Assembly (NCBI RefSeq): GCF_009914755.1
Contig: NC_060945.1
Length of the DNA stretch: 64,000 bases
Reading direction: 5' to 3' (one strand)
DNA from: the human T2T-CHM13v2.0 reference genome, Homo sapiens
Part shown: piece by piece, positions 45,317 to 60,529 of the stretch
How positions within the stretch are numbered: the first letter of the stretch is position 1
How the letters are laid out: each line of letters opens with the position of its first letter
Position numbers and translations under genes: made by a program
The notes under the pieces: model-generated
What the model was told of the DNA's origin: nothing
Databases searched by the model: none
What the model saw: the letters and a program-made list of their open reading frames with translations, nothing else

Positions 45317-45864
45317 AAGGCATGATATCTCTTTGGACAAAAAATAATTTGAAATAATTACATAATAATGAAATATCATGAAGTATTGTAAACAACAGTT
45401 ATTAACCCCATCCTATTCAACTTCTGTCAATGTCTGCTTTGTTTTATAATTCACCAAGTATCTTCCAGAAAAGAAAGATTGTAATGGGGTCACTACAGAA
45501 TTATACAGAACTGCTGGCTCAAAAAGAAATATGATTATTTATAATAGGAAATCACCAGCAATGACAAGAATGCATTCACAGAAGATTGCTTAAATAAATT
45601 ATGATAGACTAATCTTGCACATGTAGTGTAGGAGGAAATAAAAGACTAGAAGGAGATACACCAGAAGATTAACATGATTCATATCTCTTCAACTAATTAA
45701 CAAACATATTAAATACCATTTGGGAAAAGATTACATTTTTTTCAACAGTATTTGGATTCAGATTTCCATTTTGGAATGGGGTGGGTTTATAAGGAGCCAT
45801 TCTGGGAGACAGAACTATCTCCAAGGTGACTGGAAGGGGATGCCTCAAGTTATAAGAGCTCAAC

Positions 45865-46147
<283 letters not shown>

Positions 46148-47168
46148 GAGCTCAGTAAATATTTGACTGAACAAATGGTAGGAAATTGCCCAGTATCTGG
46201 TGCTCAGACACATCCACAACACTGCAGAGGGCATTCAAGCCCTCTGGCCCCTGAGGTGCCTGCCAGAGTTTGGACAGACATTTGTTTGTCTGATTTAAGG
46301 TTCAGTAGAAGTCAAATCCCTCATTCGTTTCCAATGATGACAACATGGTGCTGGAAACATTTGGTGCACTTCATGACAATTTTCCAGGTATCAACAGTAA
46401 AAACAGAAACTGCCTGTAATCTTACAACGGTGCTCTATCTCCACTGCCTGGAACAAAGGTTCCAAGAAGGCCTCTTAGCAGTTAGGAAACATGCTCATAT
46501 TTTGCAACAGAAAGAAGGGAAGAGGAGGCAGGAGAAGGAAGAAAAGAGAACAAGATCTGAAACGAAGCTAGAGAAGGCATTTTAATTGAGCTAAAAAACA
46601 AAACAAAACAAAACAAAAACAAATTCTAAAAGTAGCTCCACATCAGAGATTCACAGCCCAGGTTTGCAACATCTAAGTTTCTTGTATTACCTCAATGGGC
46701 ATCACAGAATGCAAAAAAAAAAATCATATTACATTTCATCTTGTTTCCATTTATAAAAGAGAAGATGCCATAGGTTGTTTCCGGAAGTGGAAAGGGTATT
46801 GAAAATGAGTAGAAAGGATGAAAATAAAAACCAGGAAAGCAGGGAGATTGCCACGACTTGCAGAATCCACCTCGAACACTCCACCAGGATTCCAAGCATA
46901 TCAGACCCCACACTCCGATTCCACGGCAGGTTCTATACTATGTTAGTAAGTCAAATAAGCTTTAACAAAACATCGAAATCCAAAATGTCAGCCACGACCT
47001 CATCCAAGACCACTCCACATCTGCCCAAACTCCCCTTACCCCTCCCAGAGCACTCCTTAGGGCGTGGGAGCCGAGGGGCATTTTCCACCACAGCTGAGTT
47101 CTTCACGCCACTGTATCATCCCCTCCTGCGTTCTGGGTGTTTGGGTTGGAAGCGATGCCAGCAGAGAG

Positions 47169-47485
47169 TTTTTGTTTGTTTGTTTGTTTGTTTGTTTGTT
47201 TGTTTTGAGATAGAGTCTCACTGTCACCCAGGCTGGAGTGCAGTGGCGTGATCTCGGCTCACTGCAACCTCCACCTCCCAGATTCAAGCAATCTCCTGCC
47301 TCAGCCCCTCAACTAGCTGGGACTACAGGTGTGCACCACCATGCCCGACTAATTTTTGTATTTTTAGTAGAGATGGGGTTTCACCATGTTGGCCAGGATG
47401 GTCTCAAACTCCTGACCTCAAGTGATCCACCTACCTCGGCCTCCCAAAGTGCTGGGATTACAGACGTGAGCCACCACGCCTGGCC
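47169..47485 (-). mobile_element. AluSx/Sz-like with (TTTG)n tail
   Basis: Full dimer. TSD gcagaga(g/t)tttt. Confidence 0.92.
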
Positions 47486-48075
47486 CGGCAGAGATTTTTC
47501 TTCTCGGATATCACTCAGCTGTAATTGGAGACATCTGAACACCCACCCGGATCATCACCCCCACTCCCACCCCAGGAGCCACTTTGTCTAACAGGGGCAT
47601 GGAACTCATTCGACTTTCCCTGGGTTCCAGAAGGAAACTCCAATTACTCAGCCACCACTACTGTTAGCGTGGGAAGCTGGGAAGCACGGAATGAAGCCGA
47701 GTTATGAATCATGCACACACAGACAGCTGTCGGGGGATGCATGCCAACCAGAGGGGCCACACATATTCCGTGTTGATGGGACAGCACCTGCAGGAGGCAG
47801 AGAGAACTTGTAACAGATCATATGAAATCCCCATTGCCGTAATTCCTTTTTGGAACAGGGCAGGGCATAAAAAGAAGTAATCCAGATGATCAGCCAGACA
47901 TGAAAAGAAAAGAACTGTCCTCAGGCCAGCTGGGCCTCAGTGTCCGTGTTGGAAGGACACTTCCAGCTTTGGTGGTCTTGATGTCCATACCCTGAGGAAC
48001 CTGGCCTCTGAGAAGGCTCCCAGGACCCATGTGGACAGGGGGGCTCTGCACCATTTTACTTGAAAGGGGGCTTTA

Positions 48076-48216
48076 CAGGCATGGTGGCACGTGCCTTAAT
48101 CCCAGCTACTAGGGAGGCTGAGGCAGGAGGATCACTTGAATCTGGGAAGCAGAGGTTGCAGTGAACCAAGATTGTGCCACTGCACTCCAGCTTGAGCAAG
48201 AGTGAGACTCCACGTC
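48076..48216 (+). mobile_element. Alu right monomer without A tail
   Basis: caggcatggtggcacgtgcc...gagtgagactccac. Confidence 0.82.
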
Positions 48217-48535
<319 letters not shown>

Positions 48536-48551
48536 CTAATCTCACAGATGA

Positions 48552-48976
<425 letters not shown>

Positions 48977-50024
48977 CAGTCTGAGGTTTTTGTATTTCAT
49001 TTTTAGGTAAATTCTGTATGCACATATTACCCAATTTTAAACTGAAAACTCTATTAGCATCAAGGTGACCTCTGGAACCAAAGGGCAAAGAAAGAGGCAG
49101 GTACAGACTTCCCCATCATTCCTCCTTCTCATCTCCTTGCCCTTCCACAACCAGGGAAAATCCTTCTCCGCCAGGCAATGACTTCATCGTTTCCTTCTCA
49201 CTAATTTGAATACTCTTATGGGAGAGCCAAACAAAAAATGAAAATGATGAATGACTCCTTGTGCAATGCAGAAAAAATGTGGCGTTTGGGATCTCACAGT
49301 GACGGAATACCCCTCATGCAGAAACAGAACATGCTTCTCTCCAAAACAAAAAGCAGAAACAACAAAGGTATTTCAGAGCTCAGAAGGTGTTTTGCCAAAT
49401 GGTAGGTGTGTAAAAGATTTTAAAGGGGCAGGTGAAAGCAAATCAACTCTCACCTCCAAAGCAGGTAACTGTTTTATTTGAAAGAAAAACAAAAGTTCCC
49501 TCTAAATAAGCCACAAAGCTAAGTCAGGGGAGAAAAAGAAATGGAAGAGAGGGATGCCTAACAAGTAGGAGGAAAAATACCTGCTGGGATAACTGGCACA
49601 TTTATTTTAAACATTGACAGATTTTGACTAAAACATATTTTTAAGCCGGAACTCAACCTCTATCTGCACACCCCATGTGTCCAGGTGACTGGTCAGACCT
49701 CAATCATGAACACTAACGTCTAAGAATATCTAAAAAAGTTTCTACTTAGAAACTACTGTTAAATCATAATCCAAGTTTGGGCAATGCTGCTTTCTTATCA
49801 TAGATTTCTTACTGCATCAGAATCTTGAAACATATGCTCAGGTTTTATTTGCAGTTTCCACTGTCGGTGGCTATCAGCAGCGCTGTGTGGGGAAAGCACC
49901 TGTCTTCCTTGGTAGCTGAAGAGGAGATTAAACCAACTCTTGGTGGCCACCCCACTCCGTGTCAGAGACTATGCAATGGGCTTTCCACAGCACCACCTGC
50001 TCTGACCTTCCCCACATGAATGGC

Positions 50025-50509
50025 TGCCAGGTCCGACCCGCAGACCATGGCTGAACAACGGATGAACAAATGCACTCAGACACAAGAATCCAGTGAAAGA
50101 GCAGGCTAGGGGACCCGGCCACCCACAGACACCAAGGAGGGTGCTGTAATGAGTCAGCAGCCACAGCCCCGAAAAGCCGGCACTGTGGGCATTTATTCAG
50201 TATAGATTTAATGACAAAGGCCTTGAGTCAACACATTTGTGGGCAATTCACATGGTCACCCAGACCCGGAGAGAGTAGTTCTGTGCGTGGATGCTTAAGG
50301 GCGAGGTTCCAAGGCCTAAGTAAACTAACTTATCTAGATCAGTTTATTTATATCCCCTTGTTATCTAACGTAAGCTTTCAGGCACCAGATAAAAGAATCT
50401 GGCTGCCTTCAGCCAAATCCTTTTCCGAAGCTTTTGTAAAACCTTCCAGCCTTCCAAGAAGGTTTGCATCTTCTGCAATTTTTCCCACCACCCTTACCAA
50501 TCTCCTACA
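50025..50509 (-). mobile_element. LTR22-family solo LTR (HERV-K HML-5), 485 bp
   Basis: Minus strand reads TGTAGGAGATTGGTAAGGGTGGTGGGAAAAATTGCAGAAGATGCAAACCTTCTTGGAAGG...GGTCGGACCTGGCA. Perfect 6-bp TSD aatggc (50019-50024, 50510-50515). Confidence 0.85.
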
Positions 50510-51310
50510 AATGGCATTACCATGAGTGGGCATTATTGCAGCTTGTCCATTTTAAGATGAGATGTCATGGAATTTGCCCCAGGCCAGTAGCCAATGAAGC
50601 TCCAGAGCCTGCCCTGCTTTCAGCATCCCATGCAGCCTTGCCCAGTGGGAAACCAGACTTCTAATAAACTCAGGCTGGTTATTCCAAGGTCATGTCTTTG
50701 GCCCTTCTGCTAAAGAATAACTCCTTTACAATCTAAAGACTAGAGTGGAAGCAGTTCCAACCCTCAGCAGATTCAGCTCACTACTAAACTAAAATCAACA
50801 CATTTGGATTTTTCTCTAAGGTAAACCTGAACTGGGGGGAAAAGAGCATAGAGAAGTCCCTGTCACCCTCTTTATTGATTATCTTTTCTAACCCTAAACC
50901 TTGCCTTATTACCTTTTGTGGTCTTTTATTGCTTGTTTAAATAAAACAGAGGCATTTGACAAAATGAATATTAAATGTAGTTACAATCAAGCAATTCTGC
51001 AGAGTAATAAACATCTGGGGTTTTTTTTAGAGCTTAAAGAGAATGTAGTAATGTCAGGTGCACGTGTTTCTGACTGTCATGGAAGGTTCAGGGGTCTCAG
51101 GAAGGTGTGGGTGATGCACAAGGCATATCCAAGGGACTGCGAAAATGTTCAAACCACTGCAGATTTGGCTCTTTTGAAATGACTGTGAATTACCTGTGAA
51201 AATGATAACTAAAGGGTTAAGATTTCAAAAAAAGAGAAGGTTCAATGAAAAAGAGACTTGCTTCACATATAAGAGAAACACAAACATGGACAACTGACTA
51301 TGTTTTCTCA

Positions 51311-51740
<430 letters not shown>

Positions 51741-52365
51741 GATACACATATCACAGTCCTGAACACAGACCACACCAATCTGTTTCATGGACGTCCACAG
51801 CACTGCTGCTGAAGGATGCGTTATAAAGGCTAAAAAGAATTGCACACAAAGTTTAAATAATAATGAGAGTTCCATAAATATTATCTATGTACTAAGAGTC
51901 TGCTGACATATTATCTCGGCGCATCCTCACCCTATCCAGTGAGGCACCCTGAAGGAGGGCCCCACATCTTCTCTATTCCCCATGGGTCCCAGAGCCTCAC
52001 ACAGGATCTTGCACACAGCTGGTGTGCCAGAGAAAGTAGTTAAGTAATTAAACTTTTTATTTTTAAGTAGACTATTACCAGCTACATGACACAGATAAGG
52101 AAATAGAGGCATAAAAGGTTACTGATTTTCCCAAGTTTACTCGTCTAATAAATTGGGATTCCAAACCAGGGCCAGCAGGACCCCATCCCAAGATCTAAGT
52201 AATGTAAAATGAATGAACCACGGGCTGATATGCAATTTCTGCAAATACTTTCTACCCCAGCTTTTCTACCATGTTATCTACTTTTTTTTTTTTCCTAAAA
52301 GTCTCATACACCCTCAAAAGATGAAGACTGCCACCATTGAGAACATTCAAAAGATAGGTGCTGTT

Positions 52366-52812
<447 letters not shown>

Positions 52813-52844
52813 TCAAGTTGTCCAATAGTAAAATGATACTCAAC

Positions 52845-53516
52845 TGCAATGGATTGAATGTTTGTGTTCCCTCCCCAACCCTCTGTCAAAATTCATGTGT
52901 TGAAATCCCAGCCCCCAATGTGATGGTAATCACTTTTGCAGGTGATTAAGTCATGAGGGTGGAGCCCTAACTAATGGGATTAATGCCCTTCTATCTGAGG
53001 ACCGTTGAGAGCTCTCTCACCCTCTTTCTGCCATGTGCGGATACAAGAAGTCAGCAGTCAGCAGGGTCTGGTGGCTCATGCCTGTAATCCCAGCACTTTG
53101 AAAGGCCGAGGCAGGAGGATCATTTGAGGTCAGGGGTTCGAGACCAGACTGGCCAACATGGTGAAACCCTGTCTCTACTAAAAATACAAAAAAAATTAGC
53201 TGGGTGTGGTGGCACATGCCTGTAATCCCAGCTGCGCAGGAGGCTGGGGCAGGATAATTGCTTGATCCCCGGAGACAGAGGTTGCAGTGAGCCAAGATCC
53301 TGCCACTGCACTCCAGCCTGGGCCACAGAGTGAGATTCTGTCTCAAAAAAAAAAAAAAAGTCAGCAGTCTACAATCTAGAAGATAATTTGACCAAGCCGG
53401 GTAGCACCTTGATCTCAGACTTCTAGCCTCCAGAACGGTGAGAAACAAATTTCTGTTGTTTATAGGCCATTCAGTGGATGCCACTTTGTTACTGCACCCC
53501 GGAATGATGAAGACAT
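52845..53516 (+). mobile_element. MLT1A-like MaLR solo LTR split by an Alu
   Basis: gaatgtttgtgttccc...catgagggtggagccct...gcaccttgatctcagacttctagcctccagaacggtgagaaacaaatttctgttgttta. Confidence 0.8.
53060..53359 (+). mobile_element. AluSx/Sz-like
   Basis: TSD aagtcagcagtc. Confidence 0.9.
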
Positions 53517-54646
53517 CAACATCAACGCTGAGAGGACACTGGGACGGCTCAGTTCTAATGAAAATGCACCTAAATAGAACACATTATCACTATCACAAAA
53601 TGGTAAACATCAAAATAACTCTACCATACTTGAAAAATCGGTGACAAAATATGAAAATAAACAACCAAGAACACTAAAAATTAATGTAGAAGCTTCTCTG
53701 AAAAATACCAGGCCACAGAATAATTCAACTTCAGGAGCTTGGCATGTGAAAGGTTAACTTATTCAGGTGTTGAATTGGAACAACAAAAAAAATTTGATGG
53801 AGAATTTGCCAGAATAACCCTTCAGTCACAACCGTTGCCAAAGTCAAAGGCCAAAGTTATATTTTAAATTTTAGAAGTAAACATTAAAATGAAGGTTTCT
53901 TAAAATTCTCCAATAATTTTCACTTTTAAAGTACCAAACTGACACATAAAAAAATTCGTGCTAATTATCCCAAGCAATCAACTTCTTTAAAACCCTTTAT
54001 TTCACAATTACGCTAATATCCCATTAATTTGGGACACTTACCAATGTATTTATTCTTTGCTCATTACCTATGTGCACATTAAGAGTACACCAATAACACA
54101 ATACAGGCATTAATATGTAAAACATCAACAAAAGCCATCTGGAAAGCTAATGAATAATCAAGGGATTTCAAATTAAACTACAGAATTTTCCCTTAGAATC
54201 TTTAGGACAACACTGTCAAGCTCAATCTATTCACTTCGCCTCCAGAATCAATTTTTCAAACTTTATGACAGGTCTAATCGCTTCCACCTGTGTCTCCAGC
54301 TTGACTCTTGACTGGCATGCTACCAGCCAGGGTGGAAATGTAGACAAAGACCCCTATTAGGATCCGGCTGTTTCTCTACTGTGAGGTCACTCAGCCATTA
54401 AATTAGTTCCAGCCCAATTTCTGTCCTCTCGGGCCTCGACTTCAGGGGAGGAGGGTGCAGAGTTGAGTCAGTTAGCAGCACAGACCCAGAAGGGAAGAAA
54501 AGGGGGAAAAGATGTTTGGGACTGACTAGGTAGGTGTGCACAAAGCTGAAAAGCTGGAGTTGGTCCCAAACTCTGAAATCGAAATACTATCTTTCTTAAA
54601 TGACTGCAGCTATTCTCCCCAATGCGATCCTGCCCCCTTCCCATTT

Positions 54647-54694
<48 letters not shown>

Positions 54695-54710
54695 TTATTT
54701 ATTTATTTTA
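54647..54710. repeat. Compound (A)n(TA)n(TTTA)n microsatellite
   Basis: Seen directly. Confidence 0.92.
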
Positions 54711-56073
54711 TGGGATTGTGTTTCCTTTTCTTCTCCTTCATTTGTAGAAAGTCAACTGTCTCCCACACAACATTTCCTCAACTCACATGAGGCTGATTCA
54801 CAAAACTAGCTCAGCAACCTAAAAGCGCCAGAAGTCACTGAGAGATAAAAGGCTGGTTGGTGGAGGCTCTGGCGTGGGCGCATCACCAGGTCAAAGGAGG
54901 TGAGCTGAAGATGCCTGGAGAGCATCTAGTGTTCCAACGACCCTGATCTCACAGCTGAAGACAGTAAGGCTCAGGGAGGAGAGACTGTCAAGGTCACAGA
55001 GCTAGTGAATGACAAAGTCTTGGTTCCAGCATTTTCCCTACTAGATTACGAGCTCTACAGCATCAGAAACAAGGCCCAACACACAGTAACTGCAAAAACA
55101 AAAACAAAACACCACACATCGCTCCTATATCACTGTGCCCACCTCCTTTCTGCCCAAAGCCCCAATGATCAGACCAAGAACGGTGTACACAACTTTACAA
55201 ACTGGCACAGGCACTAGGATCTCCTTCTGCAAACGCACCGTCAGGCATGGACGCTGCCTGAGCCGCCAGGACACCTCTCCAGTGCCTAACACAGTGCCTG
55301 GCATACAGGAGTTGCTCCAGAACTGCTTATCCCATGAGGCAAAGAAGTCAAATCTAAGCCTGAAACATCAAGGGACTCAAACGGTGACAAATGAGAAATC
55401 AGCTTATTTAATAAGAAAATCTAAAATATTCTTTACAAATACAAAACGTCCAACCTTGGACAACTTATTCAGGATGCACAAGTATACGAAGGAAATTGGC
55501 GTAAGCAAGTTTATGCCCATCTGCTCACCACACACTGCGGTTTCACGTCATTTCACTCTCTGATGGAGACTTGGTATAAGTCAATCAAAAAAGACGCTAT
55601 TGGCCAAATAAAAGATGATTCCAAAAATAGCACAATGACTCAGTTACCCCAAGCTCCTATGTTTCACAGTCTAGCCTCATGCTGTCTCCAGAGGGTTGAC
55701 TATCATTTATCAGGAGATTAAATGGAATGTGCCACACACCCACTACGTCAAGGCAGACTGAACTCTGGGAGGGGCTTTTCCTGCAGTGACAATGGATTTG
55801 CAGTGGCTGGTCCACACCCACTTCCCTAGACCCCATCACCACCAATAGCTCACATTTTGCAAAGGGATTCCTGAGCTGTAGCTGTGGGATGTGAGCCTGG
55901 AACACGGAGAAGTTCACTGTCCCAGACACAGACACAGACACAGACTGGACCCATGTCCCTGGGACTCTACTTAACTGGCTGAGCTAACTGCTCACAGGGA
56001 AACCTACTAGGAAATAGCACAGAAAAATAAAGGTCTCTGGCGTGAAACAAAACTGGCAATACACACAGCATGG

Positions 56074-56456
56074 TGATATGGTTATGCCCTGTGCCCCCAC
56101 ACAAATCTCATCTTGAATTATAATCCCTGTAATCCCCATAATCCCCAGGTGCCAAGGGAGAGACTGGGTGGAGGTAATCGGATCATGGGGGTTGTTTCTC
56201 CCATGCTGTCCTTGTGATGGTGAGTTCTCATGAGATCTGATGGTTTTGTAAGTGTTTGGTAGTTCCTCCTGTGTTCATTCTCCTGCCTGCCGCCTTGTGA
56301 AGAAGGTGCCTTGCTTCCCTTCACCTTCCGCCACGATTGTAAGTCTCCTGAGGCCTCCCCAGCCGTGCTGAACTGTGAGTCAGTTAAACCTCTTTCCTTT
56401 GTAAATTACCCAGTCTTGGGCAGTACTTTATAGCAATGTGGAAACAGACTAATACA
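56074..56456 (+). mobile_element. THE1D-like MaLR solo LTR
   Basis: TGatatggtt...gactaataCA with perfect 5-bp TSD catgg. Confidence 0.9.
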
Positions 56457-57149
56457 CATGGCATCCAGAAGGTGTTACCCTGACAATAGTGTGGAAAAGC
56501 AATTCATGGTCGGGAAGACATGTCAGAGAAAATGACTGGAGCCCAGGATAAAGGATGAAATCACGTTTTCTAAGCAAATGAGTTGGGTGGCACAGCCAAG
56601 TCAGATTCCTGGGGAAAGCGCATCACTAACGGGGTTTTGAGTTTTTACTCTGGGGGTGGAGGGGACTCAGTCATCAGCAAGCGGCACCCACATTGCCCTG
56701 TGCTACTTCCTCTCCCCAGAGTGCTCTCCCCTCTATTCAATCACAAACACACTTCCAAATTTGTGGGGTGGAGACACAAGGTGAAGGCGGTGGGGGGTTC
56801 ATGCTCTAAGACAAGCCACTCACATGCCCAGAGAGATCAAAAGAAAGCTCTCTACACCAGTACCATGGTAGCTCAGCTGGTACTGAAATACCAGCCCTCA
56901 AAAAATACCACACCCTCAAAAATCTGTCAGAAATCTCCAAATCCTCCTAGATGTGTAAACACCTAAAAAAAATTCCTCTAATTACCTTGAGTAAGCACTG
57001 AAACAAAAGCAGTGTTATAAGTCAAATAATTATCTTCACCTGTGATCCTAAATCTGGTAGACCCTGGCACTATCAGAAGGTATACTACTTTCAGGGCCTC
57101 CAAGTATTTTTCTTGGTAGTCTGAAAAACTGAAAGTACATGCCTGAGGC

Positions 57150-58940
57150 AGAATTCTAATTGTCTTCCAATGTCTACCAATGTCTACCCTCCTTTCCTCC
57201 TTAGTGATAGAAGCCTGGTTTCCAGTTAGATCCATGGTTGCCTACTATAAAGACCACATTTATTTCCCAGCCTTGTTTGTAGGTCACGTGACTAGGTCCT
57301 GTTCATAATACATAAACAAAAAGGCCATGTGCAACTTCTGTCCCTTGAAGAATGGGGATGTAGCTTCTTTACCCCTTCCTCCCACTTACTGGCTCAAGTA
57401 AGAACATAAACACTGGGATCACCATCCTGGACATGTGCTGAAGGTGGCCGAGCAACTCAGCTGGGTCCTTGACACGTGAGCCAACGCACCAATGCTGGAC
57501 TTCCCATCTCAGCCTATCTCATTTGCAGGAGAGAAAAGTAAACTTCCATCCTGTTCAAGCCACTTCTATTTTCAGATATCTGTTGCACACAGTGAAACCT
57601 AATCTTAATTGACCTAGGAACCGGTACCTGAACCGGGGGTGCTAGGTCTCAGATTTTATGTATGCCCCAGAAACAAGGCCTAAAAATGCAGCCTGATATG
57701 GAGGAGATGGGCAGAGGATCACTGGCAAAGACACAGGTCTCACAGGTTCTCGACTGCTGACTGCCGCAGCAAAACCTTTGATCGAGTCCTGACCTTCTAT
57801 ATGTTGGGAGGTAGACCTGGTGTCTGTTAGAAGCTGTATCCTTACAGGAAACAGCTCTGAAAATTCAAAATGTCAGTGCTTGCCAGTCCTTGACACTCTC
57901 AGCAAGGTTCAATCAAGAGAAATGATCTCCAACTAAAGCTAACTAGTCTCAAGAAAGTGGGAAAGAATACAGATTTGATTAGAAAGGAGCTCTGTGTCAG
58001 CAACCAGCAATCTAAGTGAGCCTATGGGGCTGTCCCTGCAGCCCCAGCAGGAGATAAGACAGATGCTTTACCACATAGAGCCCAGAAGCCTTGTGCCAAA
58101 GATATGATTAAGGGCCTGGCCTTCCACCCAAGCCCACGGTTTCATTTGGCCCAAGGGAGTTGCTATTAAATTGGGAGGGAAAGGAATGGCAGAGCGCTGA
58201 GGCCTTTAAAAGACCAGAGTTTTTAGGCTGAAAAACTGTCTAGACAAGATCTTGATGGTTACTCACATGGAACCAATCAGAAGCAAACAGACTAGAGGGC
58301 TACTAAAGTCCTGAGAGACTTGTATCTCTACAGAAACCTTAAGGCTGGCCTATAAAAAGCTGTGACTATTCAGTCCTCAAAACAACACCCAGACCCCAAA
58401 TCCTCCCAGCAAGCGGGTTTTGGAAGCCCATCCTCTCCAGCATCCATCTCCGATGTGGTGCAGAGAAGACCCTTTCAGAAGGCAAAGCCATGACTCCAAA
58501 AGATCCCAGGCAAGAGAGTTCCCGGAGGGCAGAACGCGGGTTGCCAGACAGCGACAAGGAAACATAGTGGCCGCCAGTGCAGGGGGTGCAGGGAGACTTG
58601 ATGGTCGTGATTTCTACTACAGCAGTGTGGCACATGGTGTGCTGGGGGCAGAGAGCTCGTCTGTTTCAGCTAACAGATTGCAAGACCTCAACAGGTACAT
58701 CCGGCCCTAAAAGAGAAAACGGCACATCATCCAGAGATCCTGAATCTGATCAAGTGGAAGGAAATGAATGTCATACCAGAGCCATCTTCCTTGAGGAAGA
58801 GGTGAGAGTTTTCTATGGAGGGGAAGACAAATGCATGTGGATATCTGGGACCTCAGCAGAAACTGCTGGCTGTTCCCCACTGTGTCCTTCCCCGTCTTCC
58901 TTAGGAATACAACTCCCAATTTTCAGCTGGTGCAGGTTCC
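57150..58940 (+). mobile_element. Ancient ERVL/MaLR-type proviral remnant: LTR33-like 5' LTR (~57150-57613), internal region, start of 3' LTR (~58860-58940)
   Basis: LTR motifs catttatttcccagcc...ttcaagccact...aacctaatcttaa; ggtacc PBS-like start; MaLR-like internal end; the LTR start motif ttccttag recurs at ~58900. Confidence 0.55.
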
Positions 58941-59159
58941 ATGATGGGGAATGGTAGACGGAGAAAAAGAGATTTTGTAAATCATATGATCAAGATCTAT
59001 ATCTAACATAAATTTCACTCCTACTTCAGCCCATTAGGAAAGAGCTGCTCAATTGCTGAAGAAATGATACACACAGACGAAGAGAGAAATAAGCATTGAG
59101 AGAACCCAGTCCATAGTTCTGAAAATTCTTCTTGTTCTATCCAATAGTTTCATCAAAGT

Positions 59160-59260
59160 GATAGTCTCATCATGTTGCCCAGGCTGGTCTCAAACTCCAG
59201 GGCTTAAGCAATTCTCCTGCCTCAGCCTCCCAAAGTGCTGCAATTACAGGCATGAGCCAC
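59160..59260 (-). mobile_element. FLAM_C-like monomer
   Basis: gtctcatcatgttgcccaggctggtctcaaactcc...gagccac. Confidence 0.8.
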
Positions 59261-59276
59261 AAAAAAAGTATCCCAC

Positions 59277-59568
59277 TTTTTTTTGAGATGGGAGTCTTGT
59301 TCGGTCACCCAGGCTAGAGTGCAATGGCGCGATCTTGGCTCACTGCAACCTCTGCCTCCAAAGTTCAAGCAATTCTCCTGCCTCAGCCTCTTGAGTAGCT
59401 GGGATTACAGGAGTGCACCACAACTGCCTGGCTAATTTTTGTATTTTTAGTAGAGACAGGGTTTCACTATATTGGTCAGGCTGGTCTCGAACTCCTGACC
59501 TCAAGTGATCCACCCACCTCGGCCTCCCAAAATGCTGGGATTACAGGTGTGAGCCACCGCGCCTGGCC
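59277..59568 (-). mobile_element. AluSz/Sx-like
   Basis: Full dimer. Confidence 0.9.
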
Positions 59569-59703
59569 ATATCCAACATTTTTTATAAATATTCAGAAAC
59601 AGGAACAATTCCACACACAGTAAATTCTGTTACCTAGAATTCTACACACTGGTATAATACTAGTGTTTGACACTGTTCCAGTAACAACTCCAAAGCACTA
59701 AAA

Positions 59704-60021
59704 CAACAGTCCCCAACCTTTTTGGCACCAGGGTCCGGTTTTGTGGAAGACAGTTTGTCCATGGACAGGGGGTTTCGGGATGAAACTGCTCCACCTCAGA
59801 TCACGAGGCATTAGTCAGATTCTCATAAGGAGCACGCAATCTAGATCCCTCACATGCACAGTTCACAATAGGGTTTGAGCTCCTATGAGAATCTAATGCT
59901 GCCGCTGATCTGACAGGGGGCGGGGCTCAGCCAGTAATGCTCACTTGCACCACTCACCTACTGCTGCGCCGCCCCGTTCCTAACAGGCTGCAGACCACAG
60001 CCCGGGGGTCGGGGATCCCTG
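59704..60021 (+). mobile_element. MER1B (hAT-Charlie MITE)
   Basis: gtccccaacctttttggcaccagg ... ggggatccctg TIRs. 8-bp TSD cactaaaa. Confidence 0.9.
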
Positions 60022-60157
60022 CACTAAAAAATAATGTATGAGATTCGTGGATTTGTTTAAAGCACACAAAAGCAGCAACTGGAAGAGAACAGCTGCCAGT
60101 ACACATAACCTATTATTACTATCACAAATAGACTATGTTTCCATAAGTATAGCTCGT

Positions 60158-60529
60158 TAACATGGTTTGGATTTGTGTTCCTGCCCAAATCTCATGTCAA
60201 ATTGTAATCAGTGTTGGAGGAGGGCCTGGTGGGAGGTGATTTGATCGTAGAGGTGGATATTCCCCTTGCTGTTCTCATGATAGTGAGTTCTCATGAGATC
60301 TGGTTGTTTAAAAGTGTGTGACACCACCCCCTTTGCTCTCTTCCTCCTGCTCCCATCATGTAGGACGTGCCTGCTTCCCCTTCACCTTCTGCAACGATTG
60401 TAAGTTTCCTGCGGCCTCCCCAGCCATGCTTCCTGTACAGCCTGCAGAACTGTGAGCCAATTAAACCTCTTTTCTTTGTAAACTACCCAGTCTCAGTTCT
60501 TTATAGCAATGCGAGAACGAACTGATACA
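60158..60529 (+). mobile_element. MSTA-like MaLR solo LTR
   Basis: atggtttggatttgtg...cttcctgtacagcctgcagaactgtgagccaattaaacc...gataCA. TSD ctc(g/a)t. Confidence 0.88.

Noticed and set aside
58366-58957. Overlapping ORFs as a possible retroviral gag remnant
   Set aside because: They are short with no recognisable motifs, in degraded internal LTR-element sequence.
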